From the NCBI GenBank assembly GCA_963674735.2, contig CAXXQS010000001.1, positions 1,600,001 through 1,664,000 of the forward strand: a DNA stretch of 64,000 nucleotides. The letters run 5' to 3'. Positions within the stretch are counted from its first letter, which is position 1; each line of letters begins with the position of its first letter. The stretch comes from Myxococcota bacterium (GTDB taxonomy: Bacteria; Myxococcota_A; SURF-8). The notes under the pieces were generated by a model, which saw only the letters and a program-made list of their open reading frames with translations, did no database searches and was not told where the DNA came from. This document shows, one piece after another, positions 40,530 to 49,670 of the stretch. The translations under genes were made by a program, and so were the position numbers.

Positions 40530-42908
40530 TCAGTCCTGATTCTTTTTCAAGGCCGCCATCAAAGCATCGCCCAGACGCCCCGCCGCAATGACGTCCTTTT
40601 TCGGCTGCTGTTCTTTCGGCATCCGATCGCGCGGTTTTCGGTCTTTTCCATCGCGGCGACCGCGAGGGCCGGACTGGTTTCGACCGGGCTTTTTGCTGCG
40701 CCCACCCGAATCGCCGTCGCGGCGCGCCGAACGAGGTGCATCCCCGTCCTTCGCAGCCGGCTTCTCCATCAACTGGCGACGAGACAGACCGATTCGGCGG
40801 CGTTCGAGATCCAACTGAATGACCTTGACGCTCACCTCGTCGCCCTCCGCCAAGACTTTGGTCGGATCATCGACATAGTCATGATCCAGTTCGGAAACGT
40901 GAATCATGCCGTCCTGGCCGATCCCGAGATTGACGAAAACACCATATTGGGTGAAGGTTTTGACCTTCCCTTTGAGAATCATCCCCAGCGAGAGATCATC
41001 GATGGATTCGATTTCGTCCGAGGCATCGGAAGCCACAAACGAAGGACGCCCCTTGCGGTCGGCGCGTTTGAGGTCGGCCAGCAAAGCCGTAATGTCTTTT
41101 TCGCCGAGATTTTCCGTAACCAGGGCAGCGGCATCCAACGCGGCCAAGGCCTGCGCATTCCCCACCGTTTCAACCAGCGTTTTCGGGAGCTGCGCCTCGA
41201 TTTTAGCGAGCACGTCCGCCCGATCCTCGGGATACCCCAACACCGTCGGCAGGTTCCCGCTTTCCAGGCGTAAAAACCCGGACGCCTGCTCGAAAGCGGA
41301 CGCGGAAAGCAAGCCGTTCTCGACAAGCTGGGCGCGTGTGGCAAAGGGACCGTTTTCAGCCCGATAAGCCGCGATTTTTTCAGCCGCGTCAGCGTCCAGG
41401 CCGGGGACGAACGCCAGCAGTTCCACCGGTGCCACGTTGAGATCAAGGCCGTAACGGCTGATGATCGTCTCGAAAGCCTCACGGCGGGCATCGTCCACCC
41501 GAACGGGAGGAATATCCTTGAGAATAAAGCCCATCGTCAAGGCGGTGGATTCGCGGCGCGCCATGGCCAAAAGCGGGTCTTGAAAATGTCGCGCGGTCAG
41601 AACGGCCGCCATTTCCTGGCGCGTTTTTCCTTCCAACTCCGTCTGGACTTTTTCGGTTCCGAGTAAAAGAGAGAGATCGGGGAGATTCACCACCACGATG
41701 GGCAGATGTCCCAGATCGCGACTGCGTAAAATCTTCCGAATGCGCTTTTTCGTGCTTTTGAGCGCTTTGAACGAGGCAATCGCCAAGGCTTCGGGCTTCG
41801 CGCCGTCGAGAACGGGCGCGAGAAATTCCTGCAAGGCTTCCTCGGTTGCGAGTTCCTCGAAAGCACTGCTGCGGCTTTCCAGCAGAGTTCCGGCAGCATC
41901 CACTCCGGCCAGCGCCGCTACGGTGTCGAGCACGGCCAGTGCCGCCACCGGCTTCGCACCGAAAGGCGGTTCCTCGAACACCTGCACCAGCTTGTTTTTC
42001 AGCGCCGTCAACAACTGCGCTTCGGCCCCGATATTCAAACTGAAGCGCAGTTCCCGTTCCACCCAGGGAGCCAGCACGTGTTCGTAAGCTTCACGAATGG
42101 CGTCGAGCAGGCTGCGCTTCCAGATGGATTTGGGATTGCGAATGACTTCATCATCCAGAATCGGGTAAACCTCGTGGGGATCCACATCGATTTTGAGAGT
42201 CAATTCCTTCTCTTGAACGCCCTCCAGAATCAGAAGCAGGCTCGCCACGGAAATCGACTGCAGCGATTCCTTGAAGTGGTAAAAAGGTCGGTACTTCTCG
42301 ATTTTGCCGGTGCTGCGCTTCGACTGCGCCACGACAACGATGCCTTCACGGCGTGTCAGGTCGCGGATTTGAGCGCGAATATCCGGGTTCTGCCCAATGA
42401 TTTCCGCCACCAGCGATTTGGCACCGGCCAGCGCTTCTTCCGGATCTTCGACCGAGCAATCCTTCATGTAGCTTTGTAGAATGTCTTCCACCAACTCGTC
42501 GTCATCGCCCTGCTCGAACATACGCAGGGCCAGAGGCTCCAAACCCAGTTTACGGGCAATGGCTCCGCGGGTCTGACGACTCGATTCGTCCCCTTTTTCG
42601 AGAACCATATTCAAGCTCTGCTGATCGGCGCATTGTTCGATTTTCTTGCGCAACTCGTCCGTCAGTTCGCCGCTCTTTTCGAGTTGCGCGATCATCTCGC
42701 TTTTTCGTTCCACCAGAATTTTCATATCCCAGAGACGATCCCGAACGAGCCGGAGGGTTTCTTCGTCCATCCCCCCAAGCAGTTGGCTCCGGTAACGCGC
42801 CAGATAAGGGATTCGCCACCCCTCATTCAGAAGGTTTTCCACCTTGGCAATCATGCCCGCATCGAGGTTCAGTTCTTCCGCGATGATATCCGTAATCTGC
42901 TGTTCCAT
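40530..42908 (-). CDS. Tex family RNA-binding protein (divergent)
   Basis: IPYLARYR, TRG.IARKLGLEPLA, AR.FQDPL, DLN.A HhH, FEQASGFLR, C-terminal S1 (DGMIHVSEL). Confidence 0.85.
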   Translation of the reverse strand: MEQQITDIIAEELNLDAGMIAKVENLLNEGWRIPYLARYRSQLLGGMDEETLRLVRDRLWDMKILVERKSEMIAQLEKSGELTDELRKKIEQCADQQSLNMVLEKGDESSRQTRGAIARKLGLEPLALRMFEQGDDDELVEDILQSYMKDCSVEDPEEALAGAKSLVAEIIGQNPDIRAQIRDLTRREGIVVVAQSKRSTGKIEKYRPFYHFKESLQSISVASLLLILEGVQEKELTLKIDVDPHEVYPILDDEVIRNPKSIWKRSLLDAIREAYEHVLAPWVERELRFSLNIGAEAQLLTALKNKLVQVFEEPPFGAKPVAALAVLDTVAALAGVDAAGTLLESRSSAFEELATEEALQEFLAPVLDGAKPEALAIASFKALKSTKKRIRKILRSRDLGHLPIVVVNLPDLSLLLGTEKVQTELEGKTRQEMAAVLTARHFQDPLLAMARRESTALTMGFILKDIPPVRVDDARREAFETIISRYGLDLNVAPVELLAFVPGLDADAAEKIAAYRAENGPFATRAQLVENGLLSASAFEQASGFLRLESGNLPTVLGYPEDRADVLAKIEAQLPKTLVETVGNAQALAALDAAALVTENLGEKDITALLADLKRADRKGRPSFVASDASDEIESIDDLSLGMILKGKVKTFTQYGVFVNLGIGQDGMIHVSELDHDYVDDPTKVLAEGDEVSVKVIQLDLERRRIGLSRRQLMEKPAAKDGDAPRSARRDGDSGGRSKKPGRNQSGPRGRRDGKDRKPRDRMPKEQQPKKDVIAAGRLGDALMAALKKNQD

Positions 42909-43008
42909 TCAGGCTCCATACTCGCCGAATCGTCAACTAAACTGCTATTCAGGCGTCACGCGACGCTTTGAAATGGGTACACGAAATCGGTCGATAGGTC
43001 AATGTAAT

Positions 43009-43503
43009 TCAGGGTTTTGACGCTTGGCCGTTCGATTCTTTCGCCTCGACCTTGATTGTAAAGGGGACGGGCGAGTCGGATGGTGTGTCGGTATTGAAAC
43101 GTTGACGCGCCACCCGCAGCTTTCCAAGCTTTTGCAGTTGCTGCAAAAAACCTGAATAGTGGGTGCGCGGAACATCGATTTGGGCGGGCCGGTCGGCCGT
43201 CAATCTGTCTCCCGTTACCCCGAATGACGAGGCGGCGGCATTGAAGCGCTCGACCGTTCCGGGGATGTCATCGGTCAAGATGCGGATGGTATAGCGAATT
43301 TCTTCACGAACCATTTTGGCGGGCTTGCGGTCCCCTTGCGCGGCGGCTTCGGTTTGCTGTCGCCGATCTTCCTGAATTCGCTGTTTTTCGGCGGTCTGAT
43401 GAGCCCGATAGTACGGCCCCCCGATCATCGCGACGGCGAACCCGAGTCCGACCAGCATCATCAAACCCTTGATCAACTTCCTCGGCATGCGCTGAAAAGG
43501 CAT
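43009..43503 (-). CDS. Hypothetical membrane-anchored protein (DUF4349-like C-terminus)
   Basis: One N-terminal TM, IDVP...Y..FL..L.KLG motif, GAGGG RBS. Confidence 0.55.
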   Translation of the reverse strand: MPFQRMPRKLIKGLMMLVGLGFAVAMIGGPYYRAHQTAEKQRIQEDRRQQTEAAAQGDRKPAKMVREEIRYTIRILTDDIPGTVERFNAAASSFGVTGDRLTADRPAQIDVPRTHYSGFLQQLQKLGKLRVARQRFNTDTPSDSPVPFTIKVEAKESNGQASKP

Positions 43504-43561
43504 TTTCCCTCACTTCGAAACAGGTATCCTGACCGAATCATCACAAGTATCACCGACCTTA

Positions 43562-44695
43562 TCACGGCAGCAGTTCCAGCGCCAAACGCGCGAGTTCGAC
43601 AGCGGGATCACGCGCGGTCAATTCTTCGCGTAACCGCCGCCATTCGCGGCGCATGGCGCGCCGCCGCTCGGCATCATACAACAACCGCCAGCTTTCGCGC
43701 GCCAATCGCTCCGGTTGAAAATGTTTCTGCAGCAACTCCGGCGCGACCCGGCGACCCGCCAGGATGTTGGGCATCGCCACATGGTCGATTCGCACCAGTC
43801 GCCGCGCCAATTCGAAACTGACAGGATGAACCCGGTGCGTCAAGATGAACGACCGGTTGCGAAGCGCCAGTTCCAGGCTGGCGGTCCCGGCGGCGCACCA
43901 GGCAAGATCCGCCGGTTCCTCCGCTTTGGCCAGCCGAATGCGCGAGTCGCGGTCTTCTAAAATACGCCAAACCCGATCGAGCATGTTCGGTGCCGCCACA
44001 ATCGCCGGATCGATCGCCTCGCCCGCCCGCTGCATGAGACGCAGCGCGTCCAGTTGCAACGGCAGATTGGCCTCGATTTCGTGACTGCGGCTTCCCGGAT
44101 ACAGCGCGATCCGCCAGGCTTTTTCAGCCCCATTTCGACGCTCTTCCGGTTCCGGCTCGTCCGCCAATTGCTGCGCCAGCGGATGCCCGATAAATCGCGC
44201 GTTGGCGTCCCGGCTGCGAAACCATTCCTCTTCGAACGGGAAAAGCACCGCCAGCCGGTCGATGACCGCTCGCAGACGTCGCACGCGGCGCGGTCGCCAG
44301 GCCCAGCACTGCGGGGCCCCAAGCATCAAAACCGGCACGGATTGTTTTTTGCACGCGCTCGCCAGACGCAAATTGAAGTCGGGGAAGTCGACCAAAATCG
44401 CCAGATCGGGCGGGTGACTCGCCAGCCGCTTTCGAAGCGCGATTCCTTTTTTCGCAAGGCGCGGAAGCGACGGGAGCAGCTCCACCAGACCGGCCGCCTG
44501 AACCTCGGTCATATCATCCAACTGGCCCCGTCCGGATGCGACCGCGTGACGCATCTGCGCGCCGCCGAGGCCGCTCCACCGTACGTCGCGTCCCAGCGCG
44601 GAAAGCGCACGATCGATCGACTGGATGGCGACCCGCCCGAGGCGGTCGCCCGAGGTTTCTCCGGCCGAGATGAAAATGTGGAAGGCCGTTTTCAT
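43562..44695 (-). CDS. lpxB: Lipid-A-disaccharide synthase
   Basis: ISAGETSGD, VDFPDFNLRLA, PQCWAWR, LFPFE, FIGHP, PGSR..EI, MPNILAG...PEL. Confidence 0.94.
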   Translation of the reverse strand: MKTAFHIFISAGETSGDRLGRVAIQSIDRALSALGRDVRWSGLGGAQMRHAVASGRGQLDDMTEVQAAGLVELLPSLPRLAKKGIALRKRLASHPPDLAILVDFPDFNLRLASACKKQSVPVLMLGAPQCWAWRPRRVRRLRAVIDRLAVLFPFEEEWFRSRDANARFIGHPLAQQLADEPEPEERRNGAEKAWRIALYPGSRSHEIEANLPLQLDALRLMQRAGEAIDPAIVAAPNMLDRVWRILEDRDSRIRLAKAEEPADLAWCAAGTASLELALRNRSFILTHRVHPVSFELARRLVRIDHVAMPNILAGRRVAPELLQKHFQPERLARESWRLLYDAERRRAMRREWRRLREELTARDPAVELARLALELLP

Positions 44696-44901
44696 GATCG
44701 GACCCTATCCAAGCAAGCCGACGCTGTCAAGCTGCAAGGGCACGGGCGCATCACGAGATGCGGCGATCGATCGTGAAAACCACTCAGCCTGAGTAATTTC
44801 GTGAAACGAAATTTGTTCGAAGGCTCCCTCGATGCACCGTTTTCCAAACACCTACTCGAAATGAGCGGGTTATTTATCATAGTACAGAGGCCATTTCGCC
44901 A

Positions 44902-44937
44902 TTGCCCGAACGTTGGGCAACGAGTTGCCCATCCTAC
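44902..44937 (-). repeat. GTAG-type REP-like palindrome
   Basis: Minus strand GTAGGATGGGCAA-CTCG-TTGCCCAACG followed by a second overlapping TTGCCC/GGGCAA arm. Confidence 0.5.
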
Positions 44938-45187
44938 TCTTCCTGCCTGGTGTTGGAGCGCGTCTCCCGACGGGCTCCCGTGTCGAAACCTCACCCATCC
45001 GCTGCGCGGACCCTCTCCAAGCAATCCATTCAATTATCCTTGTCGTGACAGCTTATTCACCCCATACTTCATCTATTACTTTCATAATTTCCGCCACAAC
45101 CCGGCGAAGCTCGCTTTCGTATAGATCGACGAGACAGTAGCGGAATCGATTTTTTTCTCCCAGCTATCCGACATTATTTGTGTTTGG

Positions 45188-45214
45188 GGAATACACGGTG
45201 CCTGGAGTGTGTTA
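45188..45214 (+). promoter_or_regulatory. ECF-type promoter, probably autoregulatory
   Basis: GGAAT-N18-GTTA, the spacing known for SigR/SigH-type promoters, about 40 nt before the ECF start. Confidence 0.6.
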
Positions 45215-45253
45215 TATTCACGCAGAAACGGACTCCTTCTGTGAGGTTATCTC

Positions 45254-45895
45254 ATGTTGCAGTTTTTCATGTGGCGAAAAAAAGATAGTTTTTCCAGTGA
45301 GTTCGCTGAACATATCGATTCCCTCTATTCGACCGCCATGCGCCTGACACGTAACCCGGCCGACGCGGAGGATCTGGTTCAGGAAACAGCACTGAAGGCC
45401 TTCCGGGCACGCGAAAACTACCAAACCGGCACCAACCGGCGCGCCTGGCTGTTCAAAATCATGATGAACACCTTCATCAACAAGTACCATCGGGACAAGC
45501 GGGAGCGCCTGCATTTCGACAAGAATTTCGATTTCGGCGATATCGAGGAACGTTTCGTTTGCGACTGGCAACAGTCTCCCTTCGGACGCGACAATCTGAC
45601 CTTTTCCGAGGGGATGTCCGACGAGGTGGCGCAAGCTTTTCAGGCGCTTCCGGATCATTTTCGGAGCGTGGTCGAATTGGTGGATCTTCAGGATTTCAGC
45701 TACGCAGAAGCGGCTGAAATTATTGGACATCCGATTGGAACCGTCATGTCCCGCCTTTCACGGGGACGCAAACTTCTGCAAAATGAGTTGCGAGATTATG
45801 CGCGACGTGAGGGCATTATCGAAAATAGCGAAAACGGCGAAAAAGAATCCGAAAAGCGCCCAAGGGTACGTTCCATCAAAGATGTGGCCCGCTGA
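45254..45895 (+). CDS. ECF RNA polymerase sigma factor (SigH/SigR-like)
   Basis: LY..AMRLTRNPADAEDLVQET, GTN.RAWLFKIM.NTFIN, SY.E.AEI...PIGTVMSRLSRGR. Confidence 0.95.
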   Translation: MLQFFMWRKKDSFSSEFAEHIDSLYSTAMRLTRNPADAEDLVQETALKAFRARENYQTGTNRRAWLFKIMMNTFINKYHRDKRERLHFDKNFDFGDIEERFVCDWQQSPFGRDNLTFSEGMSDEVAQAFQALPDHFRSVVELVDLQDFSYAEAAEIIGHPIGTVMSRLSRGRKLLQNELRDYARREGIIENSENGEKESEKRPRVRSIKDVAR

Positions 45896-45910
45896 GGCGA
45901 GGAAACGATC

Positions 45911-46672
45911 ATGACCTGTCGTGAAGTCGAAAAATACCTGCAAGCTTATGTCGATGGCGAGTTTAGCGACCAGGAAGAAACGGAAATCGAGCAGCACTTC
46001 AAGTTCTGCCCGGTCTGCCAGAAAAACGTCGCCTTCCAAACCTGGTTCAAGCAAGGGCTCAAACAGTCTCTGCCCGGCTATAAGGCTCCGGTGCGTCTAA
46101 AAGCCGAACTCACCCACCTGATTCGGCGTGAACAACGCAACCAGACCCCGCTTTACGTCAAATTGTCCCCGGCTATCGCGGTGGTTCTGATCCTTCTTGG
46201 GGTGCTGTTTTTCCCGAGAATCGATGTTTCCTCCCCCATCGTCGAGGCTTCCGTCGAAAAGCATATGCGCGATCTTCCTTTCGACGTTCAGTCCGACGAT
46301 TACAAGAAAGTTTCCTCGTTCTTCCAGGAAAAAGCCAAACTCGCCATCCGGATTCCCCGCTTCCGGCGCAGTACGGTTCGCTTGATCGGCGGCCGCGCTT
46401 CGCAGGTTCAAAATCGTCCGGTTGCGTATCTCTCATTCGGCGACAACGGCCGCAAGTACACCCTCGTGGCTGCGCCGGTCAACGGCACGGAATCGACTCC
46501 GCTGCCCAAAGGTGTCTTGACCCGCGTCAATAATCGCGAGCTCATCGTCACCCATCGTAACGGTTTCAGCATCGTCGTCTGGAAAGCCAATCGCATGATG
46601 TACTCGCTCGTGTCCGACGACGACGACAAAGAGCTGGTCAACCTCGCGGCTAATGCCGATTACGACTTGTAA
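45911..46672 (+). CDS. Membrane-spanning zinc-binding anti-sigma factor (zf-HC2)
   Basis: C.EV...LQAYVDGE...HFKFCPVC (HxxxCxxC), one TM, periplasmic domain. Confidence 0.9.
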   Translation: MTCREVEKYLQAYVDGEFSDQEETEIEQHFKFCPVCQKNVAFQTWFKQGLKQSLPGYKAPVRLKAELTHLIRREQRNQTPLYVKLSPAIAVVLILLGVLFFPRIDVSSPIVEASVEKHMRDLPFDVQSDDYKKVSSFFQEKAKLAIRIPRFRRSTVRLIGGRASQVQNRPVAYLSFGDNGRKYTLVAAPVNGTESTPLPKGVLTRVNNRELIVTHRNGFSIVVWKANRMMYSLVSDDDDKELVNLAANADYDL

Positions 46673-46750
46673 TATCATTAACTTACGTCTTTGTCCTTCC
46701 ATGCACGCCATAGCCGTCGCTAACACAGCCTTCAAAAAATAAAACTTGGA

Positions 46751-46788
46751 TGTCAAATGTTGACTTTGCCGCCTGAAAACGTTATTCT
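46751..46788 (+). promoter_or_regulatory. Sigma70-type promoter with palindrome over the -35 box
   Basis: TTGACT-N17-TATTCT; GTCAA-ATG-TTGAC inverted repeat. Confidence 0.5.
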
Positions 46789-47102
46789 TACATTCGTGTA
46801 ACCTGTCGTCTCTCGTCCTGGAAGGATGAGCATTCCGATAGGAAATTCGTGTTTGGGATCTGACAACCGAATTGAATAGAGAGATTCCAATGGAATTTCG
46901 GCAGCACTTTGGCAGTTGCTCCACCTGAATCCACCTCCTTCTCCCAATGATTTCCGTGCTGTTATGACCGATTTTTTCAGATAATCCTGAAAATGACAAT
47001 ATAGTCTCATGAAATTGCCGGTTTGCCCGATTAGTATGTAACAGAAGCTATGAGTCGCAACCTTGTACGGTGCAACCGGACTTACTTTGCAGGAGAGCCG
47101 TC

Positions 47103-47489
47103 ATGAATATGGATCTGAAAGACAACAGAGCCGTCCTCATTGTCGATGATGAGGAACTGGTGAAAAACCTGGGCAAGCGCGTCCTCGAAAAGATCGGCCT
47201 CAAAGTCCACGTGTCCAGTGACAGCCTCAGAGCGACCCAGTTGCTTCGCGAACACAAGGACGAAACCGTGCTAGCCATTCTGGACGTCATCATGCCCGAT
47301 ATGGAAGGCACCGAACTGGGCTACCTTCTGCGCGAGATCAAATCCGATCTGAAGATCCTGTTTTCGTCCGGCTATGGAGCCAACCCCAAGGTGCAGCAAT
47401 TCATTTCCTCGGGGCAGGCCAGCTTCATCGACAAGCCTTACACGCGCGAAGACATGATCGCCAAAGTACAGGAAATGATCGAAAGCTGA
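47103..47489 (+). CDS. Single-domain response regulator
   Basis: VLIVDDE, ILDVIMPDMEG, ILFSSGY, FIDKPY; start after AGGAG. Confidence 0.9.
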   Translation: MNMDLKDNRAVLIVDDEELVKNLGKRVLEKIGLKVHVSSDSLRATQLLREHKDETVLAILDVIMPDMEGTELGYLLREIKSDLKILFSSGYGANPKVQQFISSGQASFIDKPYTREDMIAKVQEMIES

Positions 47490-47614
47490 CCGATTCGAGC
47501 CGGCGCGGATAGTCTTCGGGTTAAATTTCCGCATGCAGCTATACTTTTAAGACCTTTTCAGCGATAATCGCCGATAGGTCTTTTTTTTTAACCATTAGGG
47601 AAAGAGTCACATCG

Positions 47615-48211
47615 ATGTGGAGATTGAACCGCCTGTTGCCGGTCCTGCTTGTTTTTCTGCTGGCCACCGTCTGTGAGGCGACCGTCCTCAAACATTTCGA
47701 CCTGCAAGCGTTGACAAGCCATTCGAACCTGATCGTTTCCGGGCTTGTCGTCGAACGCCAGACGATCAAAGACCCGCAAACGGGACGCCTCGTGACTTTC
47801 ACGCAACTCGACGTCGAAACGCGTCTTAAAGGCGAATCGCCCAAGCGCATCACGATCAAGCAGATCGGCGGTGAGCTGAACGGGGTGGCCATGTGGATTC
47901 CCGGCTCACCGCGCTTCGATATCGGAAGCCGGGTCGTCGCGTTTCTCAAAGATCAGGGCGCTCCGGGCAAGCGGACCTACACTTTGCGCGGCATGGGCCA
48001 GGGGCTGTTCAAAATCGCCCTGCGCGACGGCGTGCCGACGGCGTTCCAGCAAACGGGCTCCGTCAGCGTCGTGTCGGTCGATGCGGCCGGTACCGCCAAA
48101 GCGCCGGTGGCCGCTCAACCTCGCGTTCTACCGCTTGCCGAGCTTATCCAACGCGTGACAACCTTGCTTGCCGCGTCCCCCGCCTCGCCTTCGCCGACGG
48201 AGGTGCGCTGA
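47615..48211 (+). CDS. Secreted hypothetical protein, partner of the downstream metalloprotease
   Basis: Signal peptide; L..L...S.LIV.G.V, GGE..G......GSPRF..G..VVAFL, GMGQG.F. Confidence 0.72.
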   Translation: MWRLNRLLPVLLVFLLATVCEATVLKHFDLQALTSHSNLIVSGLVVERQTIKDPQTGRLVTFTQLDVETRLKGESPKRITIKQIGGELNGVAMWIPGSPRFDIGSRVVAFLKDQGAPGKRTYTLRGMGQGLFKIALRDGVPTAFQQTGSVSVVSVDAAGTAKAPVAAQPRVLPLAELIQRVTTLLAASPASPSPTEVR

Positions 48212-48212
48212 C

Positions 48213-49670
48213 ATGATTCGTTACATCGCGTTCGTTTTGTTTGCATGGGCGGGCTTGGCGTGGCTATCCCCCTTGCACGCCTACACCACCATCACCACCG
48301 ATCTGGGCGATGAACTGCATTGGAACAGCATGCCCATCAATTGGTATGCCGATAGCGACGGCGCACCCGGCCTCGGTTTCGGGCTGATCGAGCAAACCCT
48401 GCAATCGGCCTTCAACACCTGGGATGCGGTCGAATGCAGCTCGCTTTCATTCGCGTATATGGGCGCAACCAGCAAAACCAGCACGCAGGTCGGCACCACC
48501 GACTACGACAGCCAGAACGTCATGATCTGGATCGACGAAAACGATTGGCCCGGCGAATGGAGCGATGCCTACGCCGTCACCGTCCCGCTTTTCGATACAC
48601 TGAGCGGGCGGATTTTGGACGCCGATATCCTGTTCAACAAGAATTTCGGCTGGTCTGCGGTCGCCGAGGGACAAGCCGACAAGGCGGATGTGCTCAACAT
48701 CGCCGTCCATGAAATCGGGCACCTCATCGGCCTGGATCACACCCCCGGTCTCGACGCCACCATGTATTATGCTTCGCTGTCCGGCGAAACCTACAAACGC
48801 AGCCTGGCCGCCGACGACATCCAGGGCGTCTGTTATCTCTACCCCGAACCGGGCCTCACCGGTTTTCCCTGCGCGTCCGACGGCGATTGCCTCTCGGGAC
48901 GCCGTTGCGTGGAGCACAGCGCTTCGGGCGGCTCGATCTGCGCCGCCGTTTGCCAATGCGCTCCCGACTGTTCGGCCGCCTTCACCTGTCTGGGCGGCTA
49001 CTGTCTGCCGCCGGAAGTGGAAGTCGGGGGGTTGGGGTCGGAATGCACCACGACCATTCCCTGCGACAACGGGTTCATCTGCGTGTCGGGTTTATGCACG
49101 AATTATTGCAGCGACGTTTCCGACTGCCCCGACGGATGGCAATGCCAATCTCTGGTCGGAGGCGGCAAAGCCTGCTACACCAACGATCCCGATCTGCTCG
49201 ACGGCGATGACGACCCCGTGGTGACGCTCACCCGTTTCGATGTCACGCCCCCCGAAGCCGCGCCGCTGGGCATGCGGGTCAGCCTGGCTTGCGAGGCGGA
49301 AAGCGAAGACGACAGCCCGCTGATGTACCAGTTCCTGGTTCGGCCGATCGGGGGAGAATGGGACACCCTGAAGAATTACTCGACCCTCAACAACGTTCAG
49401 TGGGCACCCGAAAACGAAGGCGCGTTCGAACTCAAGGCCGAAGTCAAACGCGTCGATTCGGATGCATGCGCCGAAGCCGAGGAAACGCGTCTGTTCACGG
49501 TCGCCGACATCGAAACCGATGGCGACGCGTCCGCCGCCGATGGCGATACGCCGCCCGATGACGACGATGGCGGCTGCCGACACATACCCTCCAGCCACTG
49601 GGGACTGCTGTTCCTCGGTTTGGCTCTCCTCCGGCGACGCACCCGTCGTCCGCAAGAAAGCAGGATTTGA
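48213..49670 (+). CDS. Matrixin (M10) zinc metalloprotease with Cys-rich repeats and MYXO-CTERM-like sorting tail
   Basis: HEIGHLIGLDH, Met-turn ATMY, L..DD..G...LYP; C-terminus GGC...WGLLFLGLALLRRR. Confidence 0.9.
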   Translation: MIRYIAFVLFAWAGLAWLSPLHAYTTITTDLGDELHWNSMPINWYADSDGAPGLGFGLIEQTLQSAFNTWDAVECSSLSFAYMGATSKTSTQVGTTDYDSQNVMIWIDENDWPGEWSDAYAVTVPLFDTLSGRILDADILFNKNFGWSAVAEGQADKADVLNIAVHEIGHLIGLDHTPGLDATMYYASLSGETYKRSLAADDIQGVCYLYPEPGLTGFPCASDGDCLSGRRCVEHSASGGSICAAVCQCAPDCSAAFTCLGGYCLPPEVEVGGLGSECTTTIPCDNGFICVSGLCTNYCSDVSDCPDGWQCQSLVGGGKACYTNDPDLLDGDDDPVVTLTRFDVTPPEAAPLGMRVSLACEAESEDDSPLMYQFLVRPIGGEWDTLKNYSTLNNVQWAPENEGAFELKAEVKRVDSDACAEAEETRLFTVADIETDGDASAADGDTPPDDDDGGCRHIPSSHWGLLFLGLALLRRRTRRPQESRI

